From positions 14,880,001 to 14,944,000 of the forward strand of contig CM060732.1 in assembly GCA_030704615.1 (NCBI GenBank): DNA of 64,000 nt. The letters run 5' to 3'. Within the stretch, counting starts at the first letter, position 1. Every line of letters starts with the position of its first letter. This document shows, piece by piece, positions 62,873-64,000 of the stretch. The position numbers and the translations under genes were made by a program. The notes under the pieces are model-generated. The model saw only the letters and a list, made by a program, of their open reading frames with translations. It was not told the origin of the DNA and ran no database searches. Origin of the DNA: Takakia lepidozioides. Its lineage: Eukaryota > Plantae > Bryophyta.

Positions 62873-63622
62873 CTATGCTATCAACTTCCAGACTTCTCTC
62901 AAAGTGCCTCGCTCTTCTTGATGGTAAGGTGTAGGAGGTATATCTATGTCCAGAAACCTGCCACTAACCTTGTCCCAAGCTACAGTAGCTCGCTCTAACC
63001 AACCCTCCTCCTCTTTCTGCCAGGTAGAGACAAAGCAACACTCTGTTATCTCCCGCTCACTGAACACTAAAGAAAACAAAGGTAGGGTCTGATAGTCTCT
63101 CAACTCGAAAGCTTTGAGACGGTTGCGGGTGTCCTCATTGCAAATGATTGCATCTCCTTCAAACAGAACAAACTTGTCCTCACTAATGAACCCCAGCTCG
63201 TGGTTGCCTTGTGCAGAGCGTGTCCGGTTGCAACGCTGTCTGATTGCACAAACTTGTGTAGCTCCTGCTCCTCTACTCCAGTACACCACGGCCTTGTGGC
63301 TGAACACCTTGGTCCCCGGGGCTGTCTTTGGCTGTGTTCCAAGCCTAGCTTTCACCCACTTTGGTATTTCACCTACAGCTGCAGAACTGCTGGCTCCAAC
63401 AGAGTTCTGACTGTCCAAAGCGCTATTGAGGCCCTCAACGCCAACTACAGCAGACTGTTGTCTACTGCTAATGCCTGACTCCCAGTATGCAATCAACTCG
63501 TCTAACTGTTCTCTACTCAAATCAGTCTGAGTTCCTTGGGAAACATAAATCTTCTCCCCTTGTGTGCACAGGCTAAGAGATGAGACCTGCCCTTCAATTA
63601 CGTCCTCATTTCCCCCAGCCAT
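62873..63622 (-). CDS. Extra ORF (ORF0) upstream of gag, 249 aa, unknown function
   Basis: Uninterrupted ORF in the element's sense; its N-terminal part is conserved in copy B with mostly conservative substitutions. Confidence 0.65.
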   Translation of the reverse strand: MAGGNEDVIEGQVSSLSLCTQGEKIYVSQGTQTDLSREQLDELIAYWESGISSRQQSAVVGVEGLNSALDSQNSVGASSSAAVGEIPKWVKARLGTQPKTAPGTKVFSHKAVVYWSRGAGATQVCAIRQRCNRTRSAQGNHELGFISEDKFVLFEGDAIICNEDTRNRLKAFELRDYQTLPLFSLVFSEREITECCFVSTWQKEEEGWLERATVAWDKVSGRFLDIDIPPTPYHQEERGTLREVWKLIA

Positions 63623-63919
63623 ACAAGGAGTACATCCCCAGATTTATCTCTCATGTAGACCAGAACAGGTTCTAGAAACAGGATTGTGGATCTTTCATGG
63701 CACACTCACACCTTCTTTTTTTCTTTTTTTAAAAAAATTAATAAATTTTATAATAAGACAACAAATACAAAGAAAACTCTTTTAAAATAAAAATAAAAAT
63801 ACTTGTCTTGGTTCCTGTTCCCAGGTTATCTACAGGTTCCCAAACATGTTCATGTAGTTCTCACAGTCTGGATTCACCCCTCCTCTCGTTCTGTGCTCTT
63901 ATGATGTGGCAGTGCGTGG

Positions 63920-63985
63920 GATGTGAAGGTCGGTGATGCGGGTCTTGGCCTTTCTGTCAAGGAGAACGTGAGAAGGCTTCAGATC
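63920..63985 (-). pseudogene. Protein kinase (subdomain VIb-VII) fragment in the leader of copy C
   Basis: Translates DLKPSHVLLDRKAKTRITDL, resembling DLKPSNVLLD....ARIADF. Confidence 0.55.
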
Positions 63986-64000
63986 AATACACCCTGTGCT

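Larger units (their letters stand above)
54341..64000 (-). mobile_element. Ty3/Gypsy DNMT-PHD retrotransposon, copy C (full domain set, many indels; 5' end beyond window)
   Basis: Highly similar to copy B over pol; also retains gag, protease and the full ORF0. Confidence 0.93.

Overview
Eukaryotic, land-plant-like DNA. PLS-class PPR, BURP, LRR-RLK and Lhcb4 fragments and spliceosomal introns are present; a non-seed plant is a guess. One intact-looking host gene, a multi-exon PHD-finger gene (minus strand, ~37.6-47.5 kb), lies among nested transposons. The dominant feature is three minus-strand copies of a Ty3/Gypsy retrotransposon: A (1-~5.1 kb and possibly further), B (13820-21793) and C (54341->64000). 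The polyprotein order is gag - protease - DNMT3-like C5 cytosine methyltransferase - RT - RNase H - integrase - PHD finger. B has split terminal repeats (A1...internal...PPT-B1-A2-B2) and C shows the same 3' PPT-B1-A2-B2 end. This looks like a 2-LTR circle opened at an internal palindrome, GACA-GC-TGTC. B has a 16-nt PBS complementary to its own LTR (Tf1-like self-priming). B and C share an extra upstream ORF and carry different captured host-gene fragments in the 5' leader. B sits in a palindromic repeat array of what appears to be a decayed DNA transposon carrying a spliced N4C/N6A-methyltransferase-like gene. Also present are LINE relics (one with a 2A-like motif), hAT MITEs with TSDs, a hAT transposase remnant and two mosaics of gene fragments. 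Many TE frameshifts are single-base indels that could be decay or assembly error. All protein identities are by motif recognition; no database search was run.
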